Origin: Fidelibacterota bacterium
Lineage (GTDB): Bacteria > Fidelibacterota > Marinisomatia > Marinisomatales > TCS56
DNA: 34,744 bases
NCBI GenBank assembly: GCA_043822705.1
Contig: JBDRBK010000206.1
Coordinates: 1-34,744, forward strand
Reading direction: 5' to 3'
The number at the start of each line of letters is the position of its first letter. Positions within the stretch are counted from its first letter, which is position 1. A program made the translations under genes and the position numbers. A model generated the notes under the pieces. It saw only the letters and a list, made by a program, of their open reading frames with translations. It did no database searches and had not been told where the DNA came from. Of the stretch, positions 25,674 to 34,744 are shown piece by piece.

Positions 25674-28084
25674 AAGATAAACGCCTGGAAATCACTGGTC
25701 TGCTGACCATCACCATTTCGCTGTTCATCCTGGCCAGCCTGATCGGATTCAATCCCGGTGAGGAACCGACCCTGTCGCCGAATGTCGCAATTTCCAATCC
25801 CATGGGTATCATCGGCGTCTACCTGGCCCATTTTCTGATAAAAATTTGCACCGGTTATATTGCTTTCGCTTTTCCGCTGCTTGGTTTACTGTGGGGCTGG
25901 TGGTTGTTCAGTAAAATGCCGCTGGCGCCGCTGGGACGCCTAACCGGACATTTACTGATTATTCTTTTCCTTTCCTCAATCGGGATCGGCCTGGTCGCCC
26001 TAATGCGCAATCCTTATCATCCCAATTTCCTGTATTCGGGCCTGGCCGGCGGCGTAATCGCCAGCACCCTCCACGATTTTATGGGCATCAGCGGTGGAAT
26101 CCTGATACTGGGGGTGCTCTTTCTGGTTGTTATACGCAGCTATTTTTCCTGGAATTTTTACACGCCTTTCCAGCGTGTCGGTGAGCGCTATCAGGTCTGT
26201 CGGGAACACCGGATTGAAAAGCGACAAGCCCGCGCTACCGAAGCCGAAAGACGCCGTCATACCCAGGCCCTGTTAAAAAAGATCGACGAAAACCAGGAAC
26301 CTGAGCAACCAGTGGACCTGCGGCCGGTCCGATCGCAACCGGTTCAACCCGCCCCGGAACCGGTCCTCGACGAGCTACCTGAAACTGAAATTGAACCAGT
26401 CCCGGCACCGGCACCGCTGGGTGAACCGGCCGACCTGGACTACCGGTCCCGGCTCGATGCACTGATTCCGGCCGATGACAACGGACTGCCGCCGCCATTT
26501 CCGGGTGCGACCGACGCCGGTGAGGCGCCCCGGCCGACCGCCGCGGATGGGGAAGATATTAAGGTGGACGAGGAAATTGTCGAAAATGAAATCAATATCG
26601 ATAAACTGAAAGAGCGCAAACGACCGCGACGTAAGTACCAGTTGCCTTCTTCCGATCTGCTGACGACGCCGGAAGGCGCTTCCGAGGGGCAGACCCGCGA
26701 GGAATTGCTGGAGCGGGCCAATTTCCTGATCGAATCCCTGAAAACCTTCGGTGTGGAAGGCAAGGTGGTAAATGTATCACCCGGACCGGTGATCACACTG
26801 TTCGAAGTGGAACCGGCGGAAGGCGTCCGGATCAGCAAATTCACGGCCCTGGCCGACGACCTGGCGCGGGTGATGGAAGCCAGCCGCGTGCGGGTGATCG
26901 CTCCGATCCCCGGCAAATCTTCGGTCGGCATCGAAATACCGAATCGCAACCCCGCCACGGTCTATTTCAAATCGGTCATCAACTCGGAAAAATTCGCCCA
27001 GTCAGTCTCGCTGTTGACGCTGGCAGTAGGTAAAACCACTTCCGGCGAAATCGCCACCATGAACCTGTCCAAGATGCCGCACCTGCTGATCGCCGGCACC
27101 ACTGGTTCCGGAAAGTCGGTCTGCCTGAATACCATCATCTGCAGTATTCTTTACCAGGCGACGCCGGAGCAGGTCAAATTCGTCATCATCGATCCCAAGA
27201 AAGTCGAGATGACCATGTACCGGGCTCTGCAGGGCTATCATCTGCTGGCGATGGAAGATATCGACGAACCGATCGTGACCAGCCCGGAGAACTCGGTGCT
27301 GGCGCTACGGGCGGTCGAGGCGGAAATGGGCCGCCGTTACGATATGCTGGCCGAACGGGTCGTGCGCAATATCGACGAATATAATAAAAAGGTGCTGGAA
27401 GCCGACGAGACGATCATGCCTTACATCATTGTCGTGATCGACGAGTTAGCCGATCTGATGTTGATGAGCGCCAAGGATGTGGAAACGCCGATCGCCCGGC
27501 TGGCGCAACTGGCCCGCGCGGTCGGCATCCATCTGGTGATCGCCACCCAGCGGCCGTCGGTGGACGTGATCACCGGCGTCATCAAAGCCAATTTTCCGTC
27601 GCGGATTGCCTTCCAGGTCGCCTCAAAGATCGACTCCCGGACCATCCTGGATACCCAGGGCGCAGAAAAACTGATCGGTCGCGGCGACATGCTGTACCTG
27701 GGAACCGGAGCCGGCGAACTGGTCCGCATGCACAACGCTTTTATCGCCCTGGATGAAATCGAAGCAATCATGGAACATATCAAGAGCCAGCCACTGGCCG
27801 GCGAATTGATTCTGCCCAGTATTCGTGAAATATCCGCGGCCGGCGACAGTTTTGACAATGGTGTCCACGATTCGCTGTTCGACGAAGCCGTGCAGTTAGT
27901 GGTGACCCACCAGCAGGGATCGATCTCGCTGCTGCAGCGCCGGTTAAAGGTCGGTTATTCCCGCGCGGCGCGTCTGATCGATGAAATGGAACAGGCCGGA
28001 ATCGTGGGGCCGTTCACCGGCAGCAAGGCTCGTGAAGTGCTGGTGGATGACACTTATCTCGACGGTCTATATATCGGCAAATGA
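25670..28084 (+). CDS. ftsK: DNA translocase FtsK
   Basis: Four-TM N-terminus, Pro-rich linker, MPHLLIAGTTGSGKS, IDELADLM, ATQRPSVDVITG, gamma domain SISLLQRRLKVGYSRAARLID. Start moved to ATG 25670 (ATGA overlap). Confidence 0.97.
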   Translation: MKDKRLEITGLLTITISLFILASLIGFNPGEEPTLSPNVAISNPMGIIGVYLAHFLIKICTGYIAFAFPLLGLLWGWWLFSKMPLAPLGRLTGHLLIILFLSSIGIGLVALMRNPYHPNFLYSGLAGGVIASTLHDFMGISGGILILGVLFLVVIRSYFSWNFYTPFQRVGERYQVCREHRIEKRQARATEAERRRHTQALLKKIDENQEPEQPVDLRPVRSQPVQPAPEPVLDELPETEIEPVPAPAPLGEPADLDYRSRLDALIPADDNGLPPPFPGATDAGEAPRPTAADGEDIKVDEEIVENEINIDKLKERKRPRRKYQLPSSDLLTTPEGASEGQTREELLERANFLIESLKTFGVEGKVVNVSPGPVITLFEVEPAEGVRISKFTALADDLARVMEASRVRVIAPIPGKSSVGIEIPNRNPATVYFKSVINSEKFAQSVSLLTLAVGKTTSGEIATMNLSKMPHLLIAGTTGSGKSVCLNTIICSILYQATPEQVKFVIIDPKKVEMTMYRALQGYHLLAMEDIDEPIVTSPENSVLALRAVEAEMGRRYDMLAERVVRNIDEYNKKVLEADETIMPYIIVVIDELADLMLMSAKDVETPIARLAQLARAVGIHLVIATQRPSVDVITGVIKANFPSRIAFQVASKIDSRTILDTQGAEKLIGRGDMLYLGTGAGELVRMHNAFIALDEIEAIMEHIKSQPLAGELILPSIREISAAGDSFDNGVHDSLFDEAVQLVVTHQQGSISLLQRRLKVGYSRAARLIDEMEQAGIVGPFTGSKAREVLVDDTYLDGLYIGK

Positions 28085-28668
28085 AACGCCGCGTTACGCT
28101 GTTGTTTATTGGGCTTTTGGGGACAGGCTTGGCCGCTGATTCAGCCATCCTCGATTCGGTCCATTCCGCGCTGTACCGGCAAGCGGGCTCGCTGGTGGAT
28201 ATGGAAATTATTCACCGGCAATACGGTCAGGACTGGCTGGATCGGGCGCAGATGGAAATTGTCGGCGTCGGCCGTTATCTGCTGGATACGCCGGAACAAC
28301 TGATCAAAGTCGATAAAACTGTCATTCAGACCTGGAACAAGGGCGCGGATCAGTTGATCATCGATCAGGTTAACCCGAATGAAGTGTCGATCCTGAATAT
28401 CCTGACCGGCGACTTCAGTCTGATTGAGGTTGTGAAATCCCGGGCAATCAGCCAGGTCCGACGCCTGGAGTTCAGGCTGCCGGCGGCGGAAATATCCGGC
28501 GAAATCGTTATCGGCCGGCAGACCAATCTACCCGAAGAAATAATTATCTTTTTTACCGAGGATGATCGGATCAGACTGCTGATCAATAAAATCGAACCGC
28601 TGTCGGAACCATCACGGTTTGCGAACTGGCAGTATACGGGAAAGGATATAATCGATCTACGTGAATAA
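28081..28668 (+). CDS. LolA-like outer-membrane lipoprotein carrier protein
   Basis: Signal peptide, about 195 aa, beta-rich (EQLIKVD....TWN....QLIID), ends IIDLRE; coupled directly downstream of ftsK (known ftsK-lolA synteny); divergent sequence. Confidence 0.65.
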   Translation: MKRRVTLLFIGLLGTGLAADSAILDSVHSALYRQAGSLVDMEIIHRQYGQDWLDRAQMEIVGVGRYLLDTPEQLIKVDKTVIQTWNKGADQLIIDQVNPNEVSILNILTGDFSLIEVVKSRAISQVRRLEFRLPAAEISGEIVIGRQTNLPEEIIIFFTEDDRIRLLINKIEPLSEPSRFANWQYTGKDIIDLRE

Positions 28669-29650
28669 ATATCTTAAACTGACATTTGCTATCGCCATCA
28701 GTCTGGCCGGACTGTATTTTGCCTTTCGCGGGATTGAATTTGACAATCTGCTGGCGGCTATGCTGCAGGTCAACTGCTGGTATATCCTGGCCGCCATGAC
28801 GCTGATGATACTCAGTGTCGTTGTGCGGGCCTGGCGCTGGGCGTTCATTCTGGAGCCGATAAAAAAAATAAAGTTCAGTTACCTGTTCTCCGCCACTATG
28901 ATCGGCTATTTCGGCAACAGCGTGTTGCCGTTCCGCTTGGGCGAGCTGCTGCGGGCTTACAGTCTGGCGCGATCACAGCCTATCAGCACTTCCGCGGCCT
29001 TCGGTACGATCGTGCTGGAACGGGTCCTGGATATGATCGGCGTACTGCTGGTGGCGGCGTTGTTTTTTGTCTTATATCCATTCCCGGCCTGGTTGAAGAT
29101 CAGCGGATTGATCGCTGGTCTGGGCACAGCCCTGATTATAATTGGTCTGATAGTGCTTTCGCTGACCCATGCCGAAATCCAGAAGCGGATCTATGGCTGG
29201 GGTATTTTCCAGAACAATCTGGGCCGGAAATTCACCGGGATACTGGATAATCTGGTCAGCGGACTGATCGCCCTGAAATCGACCCATCATATCCTGGTCG
29301 TGACGGTTGCCTCAATTGTACTGTGGCTGATCTATTATTTCTGCACTTATCTGGTGGTACTATCAGTGGATGTACCGGTGGACTGGATCGCCGCCGGCGT
29401 GACCCTGGTTGCTACGACCCTGGCAATTACGATCCCGGCCGCTCCCGGCTATATCGGCACCTACCATGCCACAGCCGTAATCGTGATGGTCGAACTGTTC
29501 GGTGTAGCTCTGCCGGAAGCACAGGCTTTTGCCGTCCTGGTGCACGCCATCGGTTTCGTGCCCTTCGCCGTTATCGGTTTCGGCTATTTTTTGACCAGTT
29601 CGGTCCGCCTGCAGGATATTCAAGCCCGGGAGATTGCGACCGGACCGTAA
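28661..29650 (+). CDS. Lysylphosphatidylglycerol synthase TM / flippase-like domain protein (UPF0104)
   Basis: RAWRW, IGYFGNSVLPFRLGELLR, GTIVLERVLD, PAAPGYIG motifs; multi-TM; GTG start. Confidence 0.88.
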   Translation: MNKYLKLTFAIAISLAGLYFAFRGIEFDNLLAAMLQVNCWYILAAMTLMILSVVVRAWRWAFILEPIKKIKFSYLFSATMIGYFGNSVLPFRLGELLRAYSLARSQPISTSAAFGTIVLERVLDMIGVLLVAALFFVLYPFPAWLKISGLIAGLGTALIIIGLIVLSLTHAEIQKRIYGWGIFQNNLGRKFTGILDNLVSGLIALKSTHHILVVTVASIVLWLIYYFCTYLVVLSVDVPVDWIAAGVTLVATTLAITIPAAPGYIGTYHATAVIVMVELFGVALPEAQAFAVLVHAIGFVPFAVIGFGYFLTSSVRLQDIQAREIATGP

Positions 29651-30201
29651 TGAAAGATTATGATGCCATCTTCCTCGATCGGGACGGGACACTCAATCCT
29701 GATCCGGGGTATATCGCTTCCCTGGCGGATTTCCAGTTGTTCGAATTTTCCCTGGAAGCGCTGCGCCTGCTCGCCGGGCAGGGTCAGCGCTTTTGCATCG
29801 TCACCAACCAGTCGGGCGTGGAACGCGGTCTGATCGACCGGGCGGCGCTGGAAGAGATTCACAATCATCTCCGCGGCATTTTCCGGGAACAGGGAATACC
29901 GCTGCTCGGTATTTATTATTGTACCGATCACCCCGATCAGGCCAGCGAAAACCGGAAACCGGGGGGTGGCATGTTCCGGCAGGCGGCGCAGGAGCATCAG
30001 TTGGACCTGGCCCGTTGTCTGATGATCGGTGACAGTGGCAAAGATATCGAAGCAGGAATTAAATTGGGGATGGATACGATGCTGGTTTTGACCGGTGAAG
30101 GACGAAAAACACAGAAAAAGCTTTCCGCGCGACTCAAACCTGACTTTATTGCCGAATCGATCCTGACCGGAGCGCAGATGTTAATCGCAGGTGAAAAATG
30201 A
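29650..30201 (+). CDS. gmhB: HAD-IIIA phosphatase, GmhB/HisB-N family
   Basis: FLDRDGTLN, VTNQSG, RKP..GM, MIGDS..D, LVLTG.G. Start moved to ATG 29650 (TAATG overlap). Substrate uncertain. Confidence 0.8.
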   Translation: MKDYDAIFLDRDGTLNPDPGYIASLADFQLFEFSLEALRLLAGQGQRFCIVTNQSGVERGLIDRAALEEIHNHLRGIFREQGIPLLGIYYCTDHPDQASENRKPGGGMFRQAAQEHQLDLARCLMIGDSGKDIEAGIKLGMDTMLVLTGEGRKTQKKLSARLKPDFIAESILTGAQMLIAGEK

Positions 30202-31097
30202 AAATTGTCGTTTTAATGGGTGGTGTTTCCCCCGAGCGGGAGGTGTCGCTGACCACCGGTGCGGCCGTGCACGCGGCCTGCCGCGAACTAGGCTACGAAG
30301 CCAGTCAGCTGGTGCTGAGTGCCGACCCGCTGGATCTGGTCGACCGGTTACGCGCGGCTGATCTGGTGTTCAATGCCCTGCACGGCGGACAGGGCGAGAA
30401 CGGTGTGATTCAGGGTTTCCTGGAGAGCATCGGTGTGCCCTATACCGGTTCGGGACCGCTGGCGTCCGGTATCTGCATGGATAAAAATCTGAGTAAGCAA
30501 CTGGTGCGGCTGATCGGTCTGGATACACCCGATTGGGAGCTTCTGAACGGATTGCGGACGGCACCGCTTAATCACTGGCACGAGTATCCGTTGGTAGTCA
30601 AACCAAACGATCTGGGCAGCACGATCGGTCTTACAATCGTCCGGCAGGCGACTGAACTGCAACCGGCACTGGAACTGGCGCAACGCTATTCCCCGAATGT
30701 TCTGATCGAGCAATTTATCAGTGGCCGGGAACTGACGGTGGCGATCCTCGAAGATGAGGTTCTGCCAGTAGTTGAAATCAGACCTTCCCACGGTCTGTAT
30801 GATTATGACTGTAAGTACACCAGCGGTCTGAGCGATTATTTCTGTCCGGCGGATATACCCGAGCAGACCGGCCGTGATCTGCAATCGGCGGCGCTGCGGA
30901 TTTTCCGGGAACTGCAATGCTCCCATTACAGTCGAATCGATTTTCGCCTGGATGAAAGCGGCCGCTTCTGGTTTCTGGAAGCCAACACACTGCCGGGGAT
31001 GACCTCCACCAGTCTGGTCCCGAAAGCCGCCAAAGCCGCCGGGATATCATTTAACGAACTGGTCAAGCGGATCATTCAGCATGCCCGTGCCGACTGA
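30198..31097 (+). CDS. ddl: D-alanine--D-alanine ligase
   Basis: GG.S.EREVSL.TG, LHGGQGENG, PYTGSG, YDYDCKY omega loop (Tyr, D-Ala type), RIDF, LEANTLPGMT. Confidence 0.96.
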   Translation: MKIVVLMGGVSPEREVSLTTGAAVHAACRELGYEASQLVLSADPLDLVDRLRAADLVFNALHGGQGENGVIQGFLESIGVPYTGSGPLASGICMDKNLSKQLVRLIGLDTPDWELLNGLRTAPLNHWHEYPLVVKPNDLGSTIGLTIVRQATELQPALELAQRYSPNVLIEQFISGRELTVAILEDEVLPVVEIRPSHGLYDYDCKYTSGLSDYFCPADIPEQTGRDLQSAALRIFRELQCSHYSRIDFRLDESGRFWFLEANTLPGMTSTSLVPKAAKAAGISFNELVKRIIQHARAD

Positions 31098-31599
31098 AAT
31101 AACTGCCGCTGAGCATTGGATTGCGGTGTATACCAAATCGCGCCATGAAAAAGTCGCCAGCGATCAATTGAATCTGCAGGGAATAACGAATTATTTACCG
31201 GTAGTCCGTTCCAAACGCCGCTGGAGCGATCGTACAAAATGGGTCGACATGCCGTTGTTCAAAAGCTACTTGTTTGCCCGAATCCCGCTGAAAAATCATC
31301 TGTATGTCCTGCAGACTCCCGGTGTACACCATGTTGTCCGCTTCCATAACGAAATCGCCATCGTTGCGGACGAACAGATTCAATCGTTGAAACTGATGCT
31401 GGAAGGGGGTTATCAACCGGAATCCACCGATTATTTCGTGATCGGCGATGCGGCAGAAATCGTGGCCGGTCCACTGCGCGGGGTGCGGGGGATTGTCAGC
31501 CGGATTGATGGCGTGGATCGATTCGTGCTTAAAATCGATGCTATTCAAAATGCCATCTCGATCCACGTTGACCGTGGATATCTCAAAGCTATTAAATGA
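31081..31599 (+). CDS. NusG-paralog transcription antiterminator, UpxY family
   Basis: W.AVYTKSRHEKV, RRWSDR.K.V..PLF.SY.F NGN domain; KOW (GD...I..GPL.G..G). Confidence 0.88.
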   Translation: MPVPTEITAAEHWIAVYTKSRHEKVASDQLNLQGITNYLPVVRSKRRWSDRTKWVDMPLFKSYLFARIPLKNHLYVLQTPGVHHVVRFHNEIAIVADEQIQSLKLMLEGGYQPESTDYFVIGDAAEIVAGPLRGVRGIVSRIDGVDRFVLKIDAIQNAISIHVDRGYLKAIK

Positions 31600-31600
31600 T

Positions 31601-32998
31601 ATGCCGATAAAATTTTATAATACGCTGAGCCGTAAGAAAGAAAAATTTGTACCGATCATTCCGGGCCAGGTGCGCATGTACACCTGCGGTCCGACAGTTT
31701 ATAATTCGGCCCATATCGGGAATTTCCGCACTTTCATGTTCGAAGATCTGCTGAAACGTTATTTGCAATTCAAAGGGTTCCGGGTCACTCACGTCATGAA
31801 CCTTACCGATGTTGATGATAAGACCATCCGGCGATCCCGGGAGGAAGGCGTCACGATCGACGAGTTGACCGGGAGATATACCGATCTGTTTCATCAGGAC
31901 CTGAAAACACTGAAAATTATTCCAGCCGACCATTATCCTCGGGCGACTACGCATGTGACCGAGATGATCGAATTGATCGGTAAATTAATCGAAAAAGGTC
32001 ACGCCTACCGGACGGAAGATGGTTCGGTATTCTTCGCGATCGGTTCTTATGCTGAATACGGCCAACTGGCCCGCCTGGTGTTCTCCGAACAACAATCCTC
32101 GGAGCGGGTCGAGGCGGATGATTATTCCAAGGAAAACCCTCAGGATTTTACGCTTTGGAAAGCCTGGAAGCCCGAGGACGGCGAGGTTGCCTGGGATTCT
32201 CCATGGGGACGCGGACGGCCGGGCTGGCATATCGAGTGCTCGGCCATGTCGACCAAATATCTGGGCAATCATTTTGATATTCACTGCGGCGGTGTCGACA
32301 ACCTGTTCCCGCATCATGAGAATGAAATTGCCCAGTCGCAGTGTGCTACCGGTGAAAAATTCGTTAATTTCTGGATGCACAGCGAGCATCTGCTCCTAGG
32401 TAGCGACAAGATGAGTAAATCACTGGGTAATTTCTATCGTATCGACGAGTTGTTGGATGCCGGTTTCACGGCCGGAAGTCTGCGTTTTATCCTGCTTTCC
32501 ACCCATTATCGCTCCAAATTGAAATTCACGCTGGAGAAACACCATGAAGCGCAGAAAGCGATACGACGGATTCAGGAATTGTCCGGTCGGCTGAATGATT
32601 TCATCCGCGGCCGCGACTATATTTTTATAAAACCGTCGCTGGCAGTCTTTGAGACCTTTGAGGCCGCCCTCGATGACGATCTCGACGTGTCCGGCGCTCT
32701 GGGGGTGTTTTTCGAATGGATTCGTACGACCAACACAATGCTGGATGATAATCAATTGAATATCGATCAGGCCATTGAAAGTTTGAATTTTATTCGGGAA
32801 GTAGACTCGATTCTGGCTGTTCTGACGGAAGCGGAAGCTGTGGTGCCCGCCGAAATTCAGGTTATCGTTGATCAGCGGGAAACGGCGCGCAAGGACCGCG
32901 ACTGGAAACAATCCGATGACCTGCGCAATTTATTGCGGCAGCGGGGCTGGATTATCGAAGACAGCCCTCAGGGTCCCAAGGTTCGTCCCGCGGATTGA
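31601..32998 (+). CDS. cysS: Cysteine--tRNA ligase
   Basis: MYTCGPTVY, HIGN, GRPGWHIECSAM, DIHCGG..N.FPHHENE, KMSKS. Start moved to ATG 31601. Confidence 0.97.
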   Translation: MPIKFYNTLSRKKEKFVPIIPGQVRMYTCGPTVYNSAHIGNFRTFMFEDLLKRYLQFKGFRVTHVMNLTDVDDKTIRRSREEGVTIDELTGRYTDLFHQDLKTLKIIPADHYPRATTHVTEMIELIGKLIEKGHAYRTEDGSVFFAIGSYAEYGQLARLVFSEQQSSERVEADDYSKENPQDFTLWKAWKPEDGEVAWDSPWGRGRPGWHIECSAMSTKYLGNHFDIHCGGVDNLFPHHENEIAQSQCATGEKFVNFWMHSEHLLLGSDKMSKSLGNFYRIDELLDAGFTAGSLRFILLSTHYRSKLKFTLEKHHEAQKAIRRIQELSGRLNDFIRGRDYIFIKPSLAVFETFEAALDDDLDVSGALGVFFEWIRTTNTMLDDNQLNIDQAIESLNFIREVDSILAVLTEAEAVVPAEIQVIVDQRETARKDRDWKQSDDLRNLLRQRGWIIEDSPQGPKVRPAD

Positions 32999-33097
32999 AG
33001 ACCGGTTTTTTCTGTTATTGTTGGGCGCCAGAGCCGCTGGGCAGGGATTCGGTCGTTCAAGAATAGGAAAAAATATAATTTAAGTTGTAAAAGATAT

Positions 33098-33132
33098 TTG
33101 TGTTTAAATTATTTCAATTTAATTTTGGCGGC
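33098..33132 (+). promoter_or_regulatory. Putative promoter of the tRNA-tuf operon
   Basis: Very AT-rich 33061-33126; TTGTGT (33098-33103), 16-nt spacer, TAATTT (33120-33125), then GC-rich GGCGGC (discriminator-like). Confidence 0.35.
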
Positions 33133-33215
33133 TTTACTGCGCACCAATCTGCTGTGATTGGTCCGATCGATATTTGATAAACCGGCAAATGATTGACCGG
33201 TGGGGTCCCGACAAT

Positions 33216-33288
33216 GCCACCGTAGCTCAGTTGGTAGAGCGACTGATTTGTAATCAGTTGGTCGGGGGTTCAAATCCCTTCGGTGGCT
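33216..33288 (+). tRNA. tRNA-Thr(TGT)
   Basis: Acceptor GCCACCG/CGGTGGC, D-arm AGCTCAGTTGGTAGAGC, anticodon arm ACTGA-TTTGTAA-TCAGT, T-loop TTCAAAT; CCA not encoded. Confidence 0.96.
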
Positions 33289-33362
33289 CTGTCGGTATCC
33301 ATTTCGAACGCGGGCGGATCGGTGTTTATGGCGGTATTTCTTTTAAAATGGTATGCGATTAT

Positions 33363-33445
33363 GGGGAGATGGCCGAGCGGTCAATGGCAGCAGACTGTAA
33401 ATCTGCCGACGAACGTCTACGGAGGTTCAAATCCTTCTCTCCCCA
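33363..33445 (+). tRNA. tRNA-Tyr(GTA)
   Basis: Acceptor GGGGAGA/TCTCCCC, anticodon arm GCAGA-CTGTAAA-TCTGC, long variable arm, T-loop TTCAAAT; CCA not encoded. Confidence 0.96.
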
Positions 33446-33449
33446 CAAT

Positions 33450-33522
33450 GCGGGTGTAGCTCAGTTGGTAGAGCATCAGCCTTCCAAGCTGAGGGTCGCG
33501 AGTTCGAATCTCGTCGCCCGCT
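33450..33522 (+). tRNA. tRNA-Gly(TCC)
   Basis: Acceptor GCGGGTG/CGCCCGC, anticodon arm TCAGC-CTTCCAA-GCTGA, T-loop TTCGAAT; CCA not encoded. Confidence 0.96.
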
Positions 33523-33576
33523 CGGATGAGCGGCAGGAAAAACCACGCAGGGTTTTTACCGCATCGCCGGCAAGCT

Positions 33577-33649
33577 GCCTTCGTAGCTCAGTTGGTAGAG
33601 CACGTCCTTGGTAAGGACGGGGTCACCGGTTCAAGTCCGGTCGAAGGCT
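33577..33649 (+). tRNA. tRNA-Thr(GGT)
   Basis: Acceptor GCCTTCG/CGAAGGC, anticodon arm CGTCC-TTGGTAA-GGACG, T-loop TTCAAGT; CCA not encoded. Confidence 0.96.
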
Positions 33650-33677
33650 CAGAAACTTTAATACAAAAGGAGTTCCC

Positions 33678-34744
33678 ATGTCAAAGGCTAAATTTGAGCG
33701 GAAGAAACCGCACGTGAATATTGGAACTATCGGTCATGTTGATCATGGCAAAACGACGTTGACGGCGGCGATCACGATGGTACAGGCGAAGCGCGGATTT
33801 TCCGAGATTCGTGATTTTGATTCGATCGACAATGCGCCGGAAGAGCGGGAGCGCGGGATTACGATCCAGACGGCGCACGTGGAATATGAGACGGCGGCGC
33901 GGCACTATGCCCACGTTGACTGTCCCGGACACGCGGACTATATCAAGAATATGATTACCGGTGCGGCCCAGATGGACGGAGCGATCCTGGTGGTGAGCGC
34001 GGCCGACGGTCCGATGCCCCAGACCCGCGAACATGTACTTTTAGCGCGGCAGGTGAACGTACCCAGTATGGTGGTGTTCATGAACAAGACCGACCAGGTT
34101 GACGATCCGGAGTTGCTGGAGCTGGTAGAGATGGAACTGCGGGACCTGCTGAACGAATATGAATTTCCCGGGGATGATACGCCGATCATCCGTGGCAGCG
34201 CCCTGGAAGCGATGAACGATCCCAACGATGCGGTCAAAACGAAGTGTATTGTGGAGTTGCTGGAAGCCTGTGACTCATTTATTCCCGAGCCGAAGCGTGA
34301 TGTCGATAAGCCGTTCTTAATGCCGGTGGAAGATGTATTCAGCATCACCGGTCGCGGCACGGTCGGAACCGGCCGGATTGAACGTGGCATGATCAAGGTT
34401 GGTCAGGAAGTTGAGATTTTGGGTATGGGCGCTCACACCAAGTCGGTAGTGACCGGTGTTGAGATGTTCCGCAAGATATTGGACGAAGGCCAGGCCGGTG
34501 ACAATGCCGGACTGTTATTGCGTGGTGTTGACAAGGAATTTCTGAAGCGCGGGATGGTGCTGGCGAAACCGGGCAGCATAACGCCGCACACGAGATTCAA
34601 GTGCAACGTATACGTGTTGAAGCGCGAAGAGGGTGGTCGTCACACGCCATTTTTCAGTGGCTATCGTCCGCAGTTTTATTTTCGGACCACGGATGTGACC
34701 GGTGTGGCCACATTACCGGAAGGTACCGAGATGGTGATGCCGGG
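33678..34744 (+). CDS. tuf: Elongation factor Tu (3' truncated by window; absent from the ORF track because it has no stop in the window)
   Basis: Manual translation: [27 protein letters not shown]...[22 protein letters not shown]...NKTD...[32 protein letters not shown]; Thr-Tyr-Gly-Thr-tuf order as in the tufB operon. Confidence 0.99.
   Translation, partial: MSKAKFERKKPHVNIGTIGHVDHGKTTLTAAITMVQAKRGFSEIRDFDSIDNAPEERERGITIQTAHVEYETAARHYAHVDCPGHADYIKNMITGAAQMDGAILVVSAADGPMPQTREHVLLARQVNVPSMVVFMNKTDQVDDPELLELVEMELRDLLNEYEFPGDDTPIIRGSALEAMNDPNDAVKTKCIVELLEACDSFIPEPKRDVDKPFLMPVEDVFSITGRGTVGTGRIERGMIKVGQEVEILGMGAHTKSVVTGVEMFRKILDEGQAGDNAGLLLRGVDKEFLKRGMVLAKPGSITPHTRFKCNVYVLKREEGGRHTPFFSGYRPQFYFRTTDVTGVATLPEGTEMVMP

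Noticed and set aside
29323..29649. 109-aa N-terminal extension on the GmhB-like ORF (similar extensions on dnaB, truA, psd, pssA, batE, ftsK, cysS)
   Set aside because: Longest-ORF artefacts overlapping upstream genes. Family similarity begins at downstream starts that abut or overlap the upstream gene end.
30198..31097. Possible Van-type D-Ala-D-Lac ligase
   Set aside because: The omega loop YDYDCKY has the Tyr of D-Ala-D-Ala ligases, and no vanH/vanX/vanRS genes are nearby.
33216..33649. tRNA genes as integration sites for an island or prophage
   Set aside because: No integrase, no duplicated tRNA 3' end noticed, and the Thr-Tyr-Gly-Thr-tuf order is intact.
33174..33717. ORFs of 146 aa and 63 aa upstream of tuf
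   Set aside because: They run through four tRNA genes and are not protein coding.

Overview
About 35 kb of core chromosome from a moderately GC-rich diderm bacterium. Gene content and order (FCB-type RpoZ, batABCDE, an UpxY-like NusG paralog, lnt, a lolA-like gene) suggest the FCB superphylum, perhaps Marinimicrobia-like, but that is inference. All real genes but one (a HAD phosphatase) lie on the + strand. In order: (1) a tightly coupled run yicC(partial)-gmk-rpoZ-udg-dnaB-rel-HU/IHF-ruvX-lnt-hypothetical-ecfT-truA-htrA-psd-pssA-DUF4321-like; (2) a HAD phosphatase (- strand) divergent from tatA; (3) batA-batB-batC-batD-batE-SPOR; (4) yebC-ruvC-ruvA-aminotransferase and a terminator; (5) gcvT; (6) epimerase-ftsK-lolA-like-flippase-like-gmhB-like-ddl-upxY-like-cysS; (7) tRNA-Thr/Tyr/Gly/Thr and tuf (partial). 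I see no mobile element, prophage, CRISPR array, intein or defence island, and no convincing wholly new system. The best leads are modest: a 27-codon ORF that bridges batC and batD with overlaps at both ends, a bat operon without its usual MoxR/DUF58 partners but with repeats upstream and a SPOR gene downstream, an orphan EcfT with a degenerate first ARG motif, and an UpxY-type antiterminator inside a housekeeping operon.
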